Of a stretch of DNA of 64,000 nt, positions 45,647 to 54,697 are shown one piece after another. The notes beneath the pieces were generated by a model. That model saw only the letters and a list, made by a program, of their open reading frames with translations. It was not told the origin of the DNA and made no database searches. This DNA is from an uncultured Lentisphaerota bacterium. GTDB lineage: Bacteria > Verrucomicrobiota > Kiritimatiellia > CAIQIC01. The position numbers and the translations under genes were made by a program. Location of the stretch: assembly GCA_903896925.1 (NCBI GenBank), contig CAITZM010000016.1, positions 859 to 64,858 of the forward strand, written 5' to 3'. Within the stretch, counting starts at the first letter, position 1. Each line of letters begins with the position of its first letter.

Positions 45647-45757
45647 CGGCCGCAACCAAACCTCACGCGGAGCGTGAGGACCACTTTGCCGGAGCCGCCG
45701 CCATAGTAGTCCTCTCGTTCCGCGAGAGGCTTTTGTAAGTTGCCCTGCCGGCACTCT
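45647..45757. repeat. About 110-bp inverted repeat, right copy, about 145 bp upstream of the radical SAM start
   Basis: See the left copy. It has internal hairpins CCTCACGC-ggag-CGTGAGG and CCTCTCG-ttccg-CGAGAGG. Confidence 0.6.
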
Positions 45758-45904
45758 GAAAATAAATATCTTTTCCGTAATGCGGCGATTTTTCAGGCTA
45801 GTTGCAGAGACGACTCTTTCACACCTGTACCGCATACTGCGCTTTGGGCGCTTGGCTTCCTCGCCCCTCTGGGAAGAGGACGGAGGTGAGGGGCACGCTG
45901 CTGT

Positions 45905-46879
45905 TTAGCGGATCGGCACGGGCTGGTTCCACGTGTGCTGGCCGTCGAAGACCGCGGTGAAGAGGTGGGTGGCCGCGCCATTCTCGAACAGCAGCCAAGG
46001 CCGCTCGCGGCGCACGGGGTGAAACTCCGTCCCGTCCGACCAGCGGATGGTGTGGTCATAATCCGCGGCGGCGGACAGCGGCTGCCAGTCGTGGAGGCCG
46101 TCCTTGGATACCAGATGGGCGCCCCACCGCGCTTGGCCGGTGATGTGGCCCGCGTTGTCCTCGCAGAGCAGGTGCCACCGGTCCCCCTGCTTGAAGAAAA
46201 AGAAATCCTCCAGCCGCGCCGCCGGCCAGAGATTGGTGTTGGCGAGCTGATAGGGGCCGGCGTAGTTGGTCGCGGTGGAGATGCAGACGCGCAGGTCCTT
46301 GGTCCGCCAGACCAGTTTCAGGCAGCCGTCGGCTTCGAAGCAGGCGCTGGGGTTGTTGGCGTCGGTGGCGCAGCCGAGGTCGAGCGGTCGGTCGCTGCGC
46401 GCCCACGGCCCGGTGATCGCCGGCGCTGTGGCGCAGCCGATCTGCCGGTAGCTCGCGCCGACATCCGAGCCGATGTAGAAGAGCACGAACCGGTCGCCGA
46501 CCCGGTAGATTGCCGGATTGTGCGCCATGCCGGCGTCCCAACGGCCTGCGGCGCGCGCGCCGATGACGACCTCCTGGAACGTGTAGGGGCCTTCCGGCCG
46601 CGTGGCGGTGGCGCGCACGATTTCCGAATGCTGGCGGTAGCCCTCGGGGAATTTCGTCGCCTCCGGCCAGCGCGCGGCGAACAGGTGATAGGTCGCGCCG
46701 ACCTTGATGGCGGCGCCGCACCAGACGAAATAGCCCGGCATCCGGAATCCGCTGTCGCGGCTCGCCGGTTGCAGCCGCTCGCGCAGCGAGGGCTCGGCCG
46801 CCGTTGCGGGCACCAGCGTCAGGCCGGGCAGCGCGAGCAGCGCAGAGACAACCAGGCGGCGCAGCTGGGGCCGGTTCAT
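45905..46879 (-). CDS. Secreted five-bladed beta-propeller glycoside hydrolase-like protein (GH43/GH117-like)
   Basis: 324 aa with signal peptide MNRPQLRRLVVSALLALPGLTLVPATAAE. Motifs MAHNPAIYRVGDRFVLFYIGSD and DRWHLLCEDNAGH. The family assignment is tentative. Confidence 0.5.
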   Translation of the reverse strand: MNRPQLRRLVVSALLALPGLTLVPATAAEPSLRERLQPASRDSGFRMPGYFVWCGAAIKVGATYHLFAARWPEATKFPEGYRQHSEIVRATATRPEGPYTFQEVVIGARAAGRWDAGMAHNPAIYRVGDRFVLFYIGSDVGASYRQIGCATAPAITGPWARSDRPLDLGCATDANNPSACFEADGCLKLVWRTKDLRVCISTATNYAGPYQLANTNLWPAARLEDFFFFKQGDRWHLLCEDNAGHITGQARWGAHLVSKDGLHDWQPLSAAADYDHTIRWSDGTEFHPVRRERPWLLFENGAATHLFTAVFDGQHTWNQPVPIR

Positions 46880-47565
46880 GGCGTCTTCTTGGCCGGCGCC
46901 GGCGGCGTGAGGGGCTGATAGGTCTCGATGAACTTGAGGAGGGTGGGGCGGTACTGTTCGGCCAGCTCGGCCGGCATCTCGCAGAAAATCTGGTGGGCGA
47001 TGCGATCCTTGACGAAGTCGATCGCCAGGACCTTGCTCTTCATCAGCGCCAGCTCCCGCCGCGCGGCGGGGATGCCGTGGAGGTAAATGGTCTGCACCTC
47101 GGTGCGCACGTTGTTGTCGCGCTCGCGCTGGCTCATCGCCTTGAACAGTGTCGGCAGGTCGTCGAACGGCACGCGCGCCGCGCTCAGGCTGACGCTGACC
47201 CGGTTCGGGCTGACGAGCGTGAGGTCATAGGGCGCCACGTCCGGGCCCGTCTGCAGCACCCAGCCGTCCGGCTCCACGAAGCTGAACAGGCCGCCGGCGG
47301 CGGTGACGCGCCGCCCGGCGGCGATATCGCGCTCCAGTTGCTGGAGCTCGGCCGGCACGCTTTGCAGCTGCTGCGAAAAACTGCCGCCGCGGCTCAAGTG
47401 GACCATGTCGGCGACGATGGCCACCACGAACAGGACGCCGAAGGTCAGCAGCAGCGGCTGCACCCAGCGATGCCTGTCCGCGTCCAGGGCGATTTCCCCC
47501 CGCCGCGGCACAGCCTTCAGCCGCCGCTCCCGCATTTTGCCGAGTTGTTCGAGTGTTATTTTCAT
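46876..47565 (-). CDS. Hypothetical membrane protein (single TM segment), translationally coupled to the GH43-like gene
   Basis: 229 aa. TM segment WVQPLLLTFGVLFVVAIVADMV. ATGA overlap with the downstream gene. Confidence 0.55.
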   Translation of the reverse strand: MKITLEQLGKMRERRLKAVPRRGEIALDADRHRWVQPLLLTFGVLFVVAIVADMVHLSRGGSFSQQLQSVPAELQQLERDIAAGRRVTAAGGLFSFVEPDGWVLQTGPDVAPYDLTLVSPNRVSVSLSAARVPFDDLPTLFKAMSQRERDNNVRTEVQTIYLHGIPAARRELALMKSKVLAIDFVKDRIAHQIFCEMPAELAEQYRPTLLKFIETYQPLTPPAPAKKTP

Positions 47566-47702
47566 GCGACCCGTTGCAATCTAGCGGCCCGCCGCCCGCC
47601 CCGCAAGCCAAAGCGGGCCTGTCCTGTCGTCAGCGCCGGGGCCAGCGACCTTTGCGCCGACCCGGCGCTTGACTTGGCGCGGCAACCCGAGAAAATGCAC
47701 GC

Positions 47703-49010
47703 ATGAACTTCCCACGTCGGCTGGACTGCGGATCCCGGCGCGCCTGCGCCCTCGCTGCTTTGGTCGTGCTCGGGTTGCTGGCCGTCGGCGCCGCGCCTGC
47801 ATCCAAGACGAAAACCGCGCCGTCTCCGCTGACGTGGAAGGCTGGCGTGGCTTCCGTCTTGGTCACGCCGACCAACCTCTTGTGGATGGCGGGATACGCC
47901 GCGCGCAAGAAGCCTGCCGAGGGCAAGGTGCAGGAGCTCTTCGCCAAGGCGCTGGCGCTGCAGGATGAGCAGGGTCAGAAACTCGTCATCGTGACCATGG
48001 ATTTGATCGGGGTGGGGCAGCCGCTCCATCACCGTCTCGCCGAGCGCGTGCAGCGGGAACTGGGTTTGCCGCCGCAGTTTCTCCTGCTGAACGCCTCGCA
48101 CACGCACTCCGGGCCGGCGCTGCGCACGACGCCGGTGACGGCGAAGGACCTGGAGAACGAGCGCACGCGCAGCGCCTATGCCTACACGCAGCAACTGGAA
48201 AGCAACTTGTTCCAAGTGATCAGCGAAGCGCTGGCGCGCCTGGAACCGGCCCGGCTGACGTGGCACCGCGCGCAGTGCGGCTTCGCGATGAACCGCCGGC
48301 TGCCGTCGCCGACCGGTTATCGCAACAGCCCGAACCCCGACGGACCGGTGGATCACGAGGTGCCGGTCTTGCGCGTCGAGGTCGCGGGCGGGGTGTTGCG
48401 CGCGCTGCTCTTCGGGTACGCCTGCCACAACACCTGCCTGGGCTTCTACAACTATTGCGGCGACTATGCCGGCTACGCGCAGGAGTATGTGCAGGCGAAC
48501 CGGACCAACTGCATCGCGCTGTTCCTCCAGGGCTGCGCCGCCGATCAGAATCCCTACCCGCGCGGCACCGGCGTGGTGCCGGGCCTGACGGATCTCGATC
48601 TCGCCCGGCAGCACGGCCGCACGCTCGCCAACGCCGTGGAGATGGCGAACCTGACCCCGCAGCGTGAGGTGCATGGTCCGCTGCGCGCCGCTTACGAGGA
48701 GGTCGCGCTCGACTATGCAAAGCCGCGCCCGGCGCACCCCTATCCCGTGCAGGTGATCCAGTTCGGCCCGGATCTCACGCTCGTCGCGCTCGGGAGCGAA
48801 GTGGTGGTCGACTACTCGCTGCGCCTGAAGAAGGAACTGGCGGGCCAGGCGGCGGTGTGGATCGTCGGCTACGCGAACGACTACAGCGGCTACATCCCGA
48901 GCCTGCGCGTGCTCAAGGAGGGCGGCTATGAGGCGCAAGCCGGCTGGGCCGACACGGTCGAGGAGCGCATCGTCGGGAAGGTCCACGAACTCTACGGGCG
49001 TTTGCGTTAA
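47703..49010 (+). CDS. Neutral/alkaline ceramidase N-terminal-domain family hydrolase, secreted
   Basis: 435 aa with a signal peptide. LLNASHTHSGPAL matches the neutral-ceramidase GASHTHSGP zinc-site motif. Confidence 0.6.
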   Translation: MNFPRRLDCGSRRACALAALVVLGLLAVGAAPASKTKTAPSPLTWKAGVASVLVTPTNLLWMAGYAARKKPAEGKVQELFAKALALQDEQGQKLVIVTMDLIGVGQPLHHRLAERVQRELGLPPQFLLLNASHTHSGPALRTTPVTAKDLENERTRSAYAYTQQLESNLFQVISEALARLEPARLTWHRAQCGFAMNRRLPSPTGYRNSPNPDGPVDHEVPVLRVEVAGGVLRALLFGYACHNTCLGFYNYCGDYAGYAQEYVQANRTNCIALFLQGCAADQNPYPRGTGVVPGLTDLDLARQHGRTLANAVEMANLTPQREVHGPLRAAYEEVALDYAKPRPAHPYPVQVIQFGPDLTLVALGSEVVVDYSLRLKKELAGQAAVWIVGYANDYSGYIPSLRVLKEGGYEAQAGWADTVEERIVGKVHELYGRLR

Positions 49011-49291
49011 TCCCTGCTGCACCAACAACGCGCGGCGATGTGCGGGTGCGTTTCCCTTTTCGGTCTTTGGAGTATGGGCTGGCCGTGTTCTGACGAACGC
49101 GGCTGCTTGCGTGAGACTCAAATTCAATCATGCAGAGGAATTTGCTGTCGGTGCTTTGTTTATTTCGTAGCCGCACTCGTGAGCGTGCGGCCCGCCCGGT
49201 CCTGCACAAAAGCGCAGACGAAAATCTGCCCGGCAGCAGCGCTCCTTTGCGGCGCGTGTGCTAATGCCGGTTTTTCTGTTAAGCTCCGCCC

Positions 49292-50983
49292 ATGAAAGCT
49301 GACAAAGAACTGTACCGGGAACTGCGCGGACTGACGTGCGACCAGCTCTGGAACGACGAGGTGGCGCGCTTCAACCGGGCGACGCCGAAGGAACGGATGG
49401 ACCGCGTGGCGGTCATCCGCGCCGTCGGCGTGGTCTTTGCCGGCCGCGGGACCGCGGAACAGCGGATCGCCGTCCGGGCGTGGCTGCGGGGGCTGCTGCA
49501 GGATCCCGCCGAGAAAATCCGTCGGTATGCGATGGCGGCGCTGCCGAAAATCGGCGCGGGCGAGGGCGAGGAAAAGGAACTGTTGTCCTTGCTCCAGACC
49601 ACCACGGTGGAGCGCGAGAAGAAATTTCTGGGCCGGGCGCTCGACAAGATCGGCGGCGCGGCGACGCTGGATGTGGTCGCCAGCGTACCGGGGCTCCTGC
49701 CGCAGACGGAGCAAAAGGTGCGCGCAAGCCTGGCGCGCAAGGAACAGCCGAGCGCGATCCGGATGGACCAGGTCTTCCCTTGCGTCCCCGAACTCCGGAT
49801 TCATCTTCGCTGCCGGCGCGGCCTGGAGGGGATCGTGCGCGATGAGCTGCAGGACTACATCGCGAAGCGTGGCCCGTTCCGGCTCCTGGAGGTGCAACCG
49901 GGCGTCGTCGCCGTGGCGCCCATCGCGCCGTTTTCGCTGACCCAAATTTATGTGCTGCGTTGTTTCGCCACGGTGGGCTTTGTCCTCGGTACGGTCCGGC
50001 CGGCCGGTGATGCGGAAGCCGTGGAGGGCCTGGCCGCGGCGCTCACCTCGCCGCTGTCGCGGCAGCTCCTGACGGCGTTCACGGAAGGTTCCATCCGTTA
50101 CCGCCTGGATTTCATCGGCAAGGGTCACCAGCGTGGCGCGGTGCGCGATGTGGTCAACCGTGCCTACGCGCTGTGCCCGGAGATTTTGAACGATGCGCGC
50201 AGCGCGCCGTGGGCGATGGATGTGTACGAGACCGGGAGCGGCCAGGCGGTCGAGCTGCGGCCGAAGTTCGCGCCCGATCCGCGGCTCGGCTATCGCCTGG
50301 ACGACGTGGATGCGGCCTCCCATCCGCCGCTGGCCGCCTGCATGGCCCGGCTGGCCGGACGGAAGGGCGCGGAGCTGGTGTGGGATCCGTTCTGCGGCTC
50401 GGGACTGGAACTGATCGAAAGCGCGCTGCTGGGCGGCGTGAAGCAACTCTTCGGCACGGATATCAGCCCGGAGGCCATTGCGATCGCGCAGGCGAATGTC
50501 GCGGCAGCCCAGCTGAAGGACGTCCCGGCGAAGCTGGTCTGCTGTGACTTTCGCAGGCACGCCCAGATCGATGGCCTCGGCCCGGCGAGCGTCACGCTGG
50601 TCATCACGAATCCGCCGCTGGGCCGGCGCGTCCGCGTGCCTGATATGCGCGGGCTGTTTGCCGATCTCTTCAGCGTCGCGGCGAACGTGCTCAAGCCCGG
50701 CGGCCGGCTGGTCTTCGCCAATCCGCTGAAGCTTGAACCCAGCGACCCCTCGCTGAAACTCCAGTATCGGGAGGTCATCGACCTCGGCGGGTTCGATTGC
50801 CGGCTGGAAATGTATGAAAAGCTGGCGGGACCGGCCGCGCGGCCCATGCCGCCCGCGGCGCGCGCGACAACCGTAAAACGCAGTCCTGAAGCGGGCCGTG
50901 ACGATCGCGACAAGGCGCGCTGGTTTTCCGGCATGAGCCGCACCCGTCCACCTGCGCAGCGGCATGGCCGGGACCGGGCATAG
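49292..50983 (+). CDS. THUMP-domain class I SAM-dependent RNA methyltransferase (RlmL/RlmKL-like) with an N-terminal HEAT-like region
   Basis: 563 aa. VWDPFCGSGLELIESAL is SAM-binding motif I. LVITNPPLGRR is the NPP(Y/L) catalytic motif. Confidence 0.65.
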   Translation: MKADKELYRELRGLTCDQLWNDEVARFNRATPKERMDRVAVIRAVGVVFAGRGTAEQRIAVRAWLRGLLQDPAEKIRRYAMAALPKIGAGEGEEKELLSLLQTTTVEREKKFLGRALDKIGGAATLDVVASVPGLLPQTEQKVRASLARKEQPSAIRMDQVFPCVPELRIHLRCRRGLEGIVRDELQDYIAKRGPFRLLEVQPGVVAVAPIAPFSLTQIYVLRCFATVGFVLGTVRPAGDAEAVEGLAAALTSPLSRQLLTAFTEGSIRYRLDFIGKGHQRGAVRDVVNRAYALCPEILNDARSAPWAMDVYETGSGQAVELRPKFAPDPRLGYRLDDVDAASHPPLAACMARLAGRKGAELVWDPFCGSGLELIESALLGGVKQLFGTDISPEAIAIAQANVAAAQLKDVPAKLVCCDFRRHAQIDGLGPASVTLVITNPPLGRRVRVPDMRGLFADLFSVAANVLKPGGRLVFANPLKLEPSDPSLKLQYREVIDLGGFDCRLEMYEKLAGPAARPMPPAARATTVKRSPEAGRDDRDKARWFSGMSRTRPPAQRHGRDRA

Positions 50984-51188
50984 GCCGGTTTCCGGGTGCA
51001 GTGGCCTGCGGGCAGTTCCGGGACATCGCGGTTGGATCGATCCGGCTGGCCGGGGGAGCGGCGGCACTCCTGCCGCCGCAGAAAGAAACAGCGCGGCTAC
51101 GCCGCAGCCCAACTTCACGCGGACTTGTCCGCCTCAGGTGGAGTTGGAAGGTCACTATTCCGAAACCGCCATCCGAAGCGTAAGAGAC

Positions 51189-51214
51189 GACAGAATCATT
51201 GATGGCAGAACCAT
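51189..51214 (-). repeat. Inverted copy of the ATGRTTCTG-N6-ATGRTTCTGTC motif; on the minus strand it starts a 19-codon ORF MVLPSMILSSLTLRMAVSE
   Basis: The plus strand reads GACAGAATCATTGATGGCAGAACCAT. It forms an imperfect inverted repeat with 51280..51305, about 81% identical, with a 65-bp spacer. Confidence 0.45.
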
Positions 51215-51279
51215 TTCAAGAAGGCGCGAGCGCTACGCACGGCGGCGACCAAGCAGCCCAATCTGACCTTCGCCGTCTA

Positions 51280-51305
51280 ATGATTCTGCCGACCATGGTT
51301 CTGTC
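51280..51305 (+). repeat. ATGATTCTG-CCGACC-ATGGTTCTGTC motif; it starts a 12-codon ORF MILPTMVLSKSM
   Basis: Read directly. Related to 43569..43594. Confidence 0.45.
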
Positions 51306-51568
51306 AAAATCCATGTAAAGTGAGTTGAGCAACCTAAATGCTGATGGTTAGCAATGCAGAACGCGAGACCTGTTCATCTTGCACGTAGAGGGCTGGGATG
51401 AGTTGGGGCTGTTTCGGCGGCAGGAGTGCCGCCGCTCCCTGCAGCGGTGCTCCGGATGGTGTCGCACGCAGCAAGCTTTCCAGCGCTGTCATCCGTGAAA
51501 GAAGCGGGTGAGGTGCTGCTGGGCCCCGCGCCACCCGCCCCTTGACACTTGGCCCTCGTCCCTTCCGT

Positions 51569-52006
51569 TCAGCGCCGGGCGCGGTTCTGGGTGACGAAGT
51601 GCTCGCGGGTGTAAGAACAAGCGGTTTCGAGGCTGGGCAGGAGCTTGGTGCAGAAGCGGACCATCCACGGGTTGCTGTCCTTGAACGTGAACGGGGTGAA
51701 GGCGATGACGAACTTGTTCAGGTCGTGGCTGGCGTAGAACACCTCCATCGCGGTGCCGATGGAGTTCTTGTTGTAGTTGACGAGGATGATGTCGGCGTCG
51801 CGCACGTCCTGCAGGTCGAACTCGACGATTTCGTTGGCGCTGTCCACCTCGCGGTCCTTGAAGTTGCGGCGCATGGGGTCGAGGAGGATGAAGTGCTTGC
51901 CGAGCAGCTTTTTCGCGGTTTCGCGCCACGCGCGGGCCTGGCCCTCGTGCTCGTCCATGATCGGTCCGCACAGGTAAATCTTCTGCTTGCCCGTTTCGTT
52001 TTTCAT
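51569..52006 (-). CDS. Nucleoside 2-deoxyribosyltransferase-like (NDT/LOG-like Rossmann) protein
   Basis: 145 aa. KIYLCGPI and MEVFYASH match NDT-family motifs. Confidence 0.5.
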   Translation of the reverse strand: MKNETGKQKIYLCGPIMDEHEGQARAWRETAKKLLGKHFILLDPMRRNFKDREVDSANEIVEFDLQDVRDADIILVNYNKNSIGTAMEVFYASHDLNKFVIAFTPFTFKDSNPWMVRFCTKLLPSLETACSYTREHFVTQNRARR

Positions 52007-52086
52007 CGCCGGCTCCGTGGTTTCTGCTTGTTTGCGAGCGGCGCGGAGCCTACCTTACCCGCCGACAATTTCCAAGAGGAGCCCTT

Positions 52087-53820
52087 ATGATTCGTTGGAG
52101 CCAATACTTGATACCGACGCTGCGGGAAGCGCCGGCCGAAGCGGAAATCCCGAGCCATCAGCTGATGTTGCGGGCGGGGCTGATCCGCAAGCTCGCCGGC
52201 GGCCTCTACACCTTTCTGCCGCTCGGCCTGCGCGCGTTGCGCAAGGTGGAGCGCATCGTCCGCGAGGAGATGGATGGCGCCGGCGCGCAGGAAATCCTGA
52301 TGCCCGCGATGCACCCGCAGGAGCTCTGGGAGCGGACCGGCCGCTTCGATGTGCTCAAGGACGTGATGTTCAAGATCACGGACCGGCAGGAGCGCCATCT
52401 GGTGCTCGGCCCGACGCACGAGGAGGTCGTGACCGAACTCGTCGCGCACGAGGTGCAGTCCTACCGCCAGCTCCCGATCAACCTCTACCAGATCCAGACG
52501 AAATTCCGCGATGAGATCCGCCCGCGCTTCGGCCTGATGCGCGCGAAGGAGTTCATCATGAAGGACGCCTACAGCTTCGACATGGACCTGGCGGGCGTCG
52601 AGAAGAGCTACCAGGCGATGTACCGCGCCTACGAGCGCATCTTCAAGCGCGCCGGGCTGCGCACGAAGGCCGTCGAGGCCGACACCGGCGCGATGGGCGG
52701 CAGCGCCTCGCACGAGTTCATGGTGCTGGCCGAGGCCGGCGAGGACGGCGTGATCGAGTGCGATGCCTGCGCCTACGCGGCGAACCTCGAGCGCGCCGAG
52801 GGCGTCGGCCGTGGCGAAAAGGTCTTCGCCGGCGCGGACCTGCCCACCGCCGTGGTCGCCACGCCCAACCGGAAGTCGATCACGGGCGTCGCCGCCTTCT
52901 TCCAGTCGCCGGCCGCGCGGCTGATCAAGACGCTGATCTATCTCGCCGACGGGAAGCCCGTCGGTGTGCTGGTCCCGGGCGACCGCGAGGTGAACGAGCT
53001 CAAGCTCAAGCGCGCCCTCAAGGCCAAGACCCTGGCGCTGGCCGACGATGCGACGGTGGCCACGGTCACCGGCGCGCCGGTCGGCTTTGCCGGTCCGGTC
53101 GGGCTCACGATCCCCCTCGTCGCCGACGAAAAGTTGCAGGGCTATCGCGGTGCGATCGCCGGTGCCAACCAGGTCGATGCCCATCTCGTCAACGTGGACC
53201 TGGCGCGCGACGCGCAGGTCGGCACGTGGGGCGACCTCAGCAACGCGAACGCCGGCGATGGCTGTCCGCGCTGCGGCGCGGGCACGCTCGTCGCCAAGCG
53301 CGGCATCGAGGTCGGGCACGTCTTCAAGCTCGGCACGAAGTACAGCGAGGCGCTCGGTGCCGGTTATCTCGACGTGGCCGGCCAGCGCCAGACGGCCATC
53401 ATGGGCTGCTACGGCATCGGCGTCACCCGCACGCTGCAGTCGGTGATCGAGCAGAGCCACGACGCCAACGGCATCGTCTGGCCGATCTCGATCGCGCCCT
53501 ACCAGGTGGAAGTGCTGCCGATCAACGTGGCGCACGCCCCGACGATGGAAGCGGCCCTCAAGATCGCCGCGGAACTGGAAGCCGCGGGCTTCGATGTGCT
53601 GTTCGACGACCGCGACGAGCGCCCCGGCGTGAAGTTCAAAGACGCCGACCTGCTGGGCCTGCCGATCCGCGTGAACGTGGGCGAAAAGGGCCTCGCGAAG
53701 GGCGTGCTGGAAATCAAACTGCGCCACAATGGCGAGATGCGCACCGCGGCGCCGGATCAAACGCTCGCGGCGGTGCAGGCCGCGGCCCAGGAATTGCGGC
53801 TGGCTGTGACGCCGGTCTAG
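52087..53820 (+). CDS. proS: Proline--tRNA ligase
   Basis: 577 aa. It starts MIRWSQYLIPTLREAPAEAEIPSHQLMLRAGLIRKLAGGLYTFLPLG and carries class II aaRS motifs plus an editing-domain insertion. Confidence 0.9.
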   Translation: MIRWSQYLIPTLREAPAEAEIPSHQLMLRAGLIRKLAGGLYTFLPLGLRALRKVERIVREEMDGAGAQEILMPAMHPQELWERTGRFDVLKDVMFKITDRQERHLVLGPTHEEVVTELVAHEVQSYRQLPINLYQIQTKFRDEIRPRFGLMRAKEFIMKDAYSFDMDLAGVEKSYQAMYRAYERIFKRAGLRTKAVEADTGAMGGSASHEFMVLAEAGEDGVIECDACAYAANLERAEGVGRGEKVFAGADLPTAVVATPNRKSITGVAAFFQSPAARLIKTLIYLADGKPVGVLVPGDREVNELKLKRALKAKTLALADDATVATVTGAPVGFAGPVGLTIPLVADEKLQGYRGAIAGANQVDAHLVNVDLARDAQVGTWGDLSNANAGDGCPRCGAGTLVAKRGIEVGHVFKLGTKYSEALGAGYLDVAGQRQTAIMGCYGIGVTRTLQSVIEQSHDANGIVWPISIAPYQVEVLPINVAHAPTMEAALKIAAELEAAGFDVLFDDRDERPGVKFKDADLLGLPIRVNVGEKGLAKGVLEIKLRHNGEMRTAAPDQTLAAVQAAAQELRLAVTPV

Positions 53821-53831
53821 GAGCAGCACCC

Positions 53832-54275
53832 ATGGCACGACGCTTCAACGTTCAGGGCACCAACGATTTTATCGTCTGGGCGGTCGTGTTGCTTGCGCTG
53901 GGCCTGTGGTGCATCAAGGACGGCTGGTTTCCCTCGCAGGCGACGCTGGACAAGCATCCGCACGAGGTGCAGGTCAAGGCGCCGCAGGGCGGCGTGGTCA
54001 AGGACGTGTTCGTCAAGCGTGGCGAACTGATCCGCGCCGAGCAGCCGATCGTGCGGATCGCGCTCACGGAGACGAACGCCGATGTGCTGCTCAAGGCGTC
54101 GGTGCAGGGCGAGATCGCGGGCGTGCTGGCGGAAAAGGGCGCGACGATCGGCCGCGATCAGTCCGTGGCCACGCTGATCCCGGAAGACACCTTCTACACG
54201 TTCAATCATAGCCTCGCCTTTCTGTCCCTGCTGGGCGCGCTGGTCTGCGCCGTCGTGCATTTCCTGGTGCGCTGA
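53832..54275 (+). CDS. Hypothetical small membrane protein (2 TM segments)
   Basis: Trimmed from the track ORF 52758..54275 to the ATG at about 53832 (MARRFNVQGTNDFIVWAVVLLALGLWCI). It has a C-terminal TM segment. Confidence 0.5.
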   Translation: MARRFNVQGTNDFIVWAVVLLALGLWCIKDGWFPSQATLDKHPHEVQVKAPQGGVVKDVFVKRGELIRAEQPIVRIALTETNADVLLKASVQGEIAGVLAEKGATIGRDQSVATLIPEDTFYTFNHSLAFLSLLGALVCAVVHFLVR

Positions 54276-54307
54276 AGTTTGCGGCGGTCCCGGCTGCGCC
54301 TGGTGCC

Positions 54308-54639
54308 ATGAAGAAGTTCCCACAGGGTGTCAGACTGTTCACCGCCTGCCTTGCGCTGGCGCCGCGCGCTACGTGAGCGGCTACCTGCTCACGCGCCCGC
54401 CGCCCGGCAAGCCGAAATACGTCGGCGCCGATGCCTCGCACTGCTGGGTGTCCGTGTTCGCGCCCGGCCTCGGCTGGATCGACCTTGACCCGACCAACGG
54501 CTGCTTCGTCGCGGACGAACACATCACCATCGCCTGGGGGCGGGACTACAACGATGTGACCCCGGTCAAGGGCGTCATCCTCGGCGGTGGCCACCAGTCG
54601 ATCCACGTCGCGGTGGACGTGGACCCCGTCACGCGCTGA
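54308..54639 (+). pseudogene. Transglutaminase-like protein remnant: an orphan signal-peptide mini-ORF plus a C-terminal His/Asp half of the TGase core, with no Cys-containing N-terminal half
   Basis: MKKFPQGVRLFTACLALAPRAT is followed by a stop. The ORF 54373..54639 encodes DASHCWVSVFAPGLGWIDLDPTNG, the transglutaminase-like H...D region, without the catalytic Cys segment. Confidence 0.45.
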
Positions 54640-54663
54640 GCCGTCTCGTCCGGTCGCGCTGGG

Positions 54664-54682
54664 TTTTCCAAGGCCTGGAAAA
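54664..54682. promoter_or_regulatory. Single palindrome TTTTCCAAGGCCTGGAAAA of the TTCCAAG/CTTGGAA family, in a convergent 3'-3' gap
   Basis: Read directly. 7-bp arms. Confidence 0.35.
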
Positions 54683-54697
54683 GCTCATGGCCGCGGG

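Larger units (their letters stand above)
43302..45892. other. Repeat-bounded island (about 2.6 kb) carrying a B12-binding radical SAM gene, with no recombinase gene; cassette- or MITE-like
   Basis: The outer inverted repeats are GCCCCTCACCTC at about 43304 and GAGGTGAGGGGC at about 45877. The internal repeats are listed separately. GC is slightly lower and the non-coding fraction is unusually high. Confidence 0.35.

Noticed and set aside
43302-45892. Search for a transposase, integrase or recombinase within or beside the repeat-bounded island
   Set aside because: No ORF with DDE, tyrosine- or serine-recombinase-like motifs was seen, and no obvious target-site duplication flanks the outer repeats. 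Hence it is called only a possible non-autonomous element.
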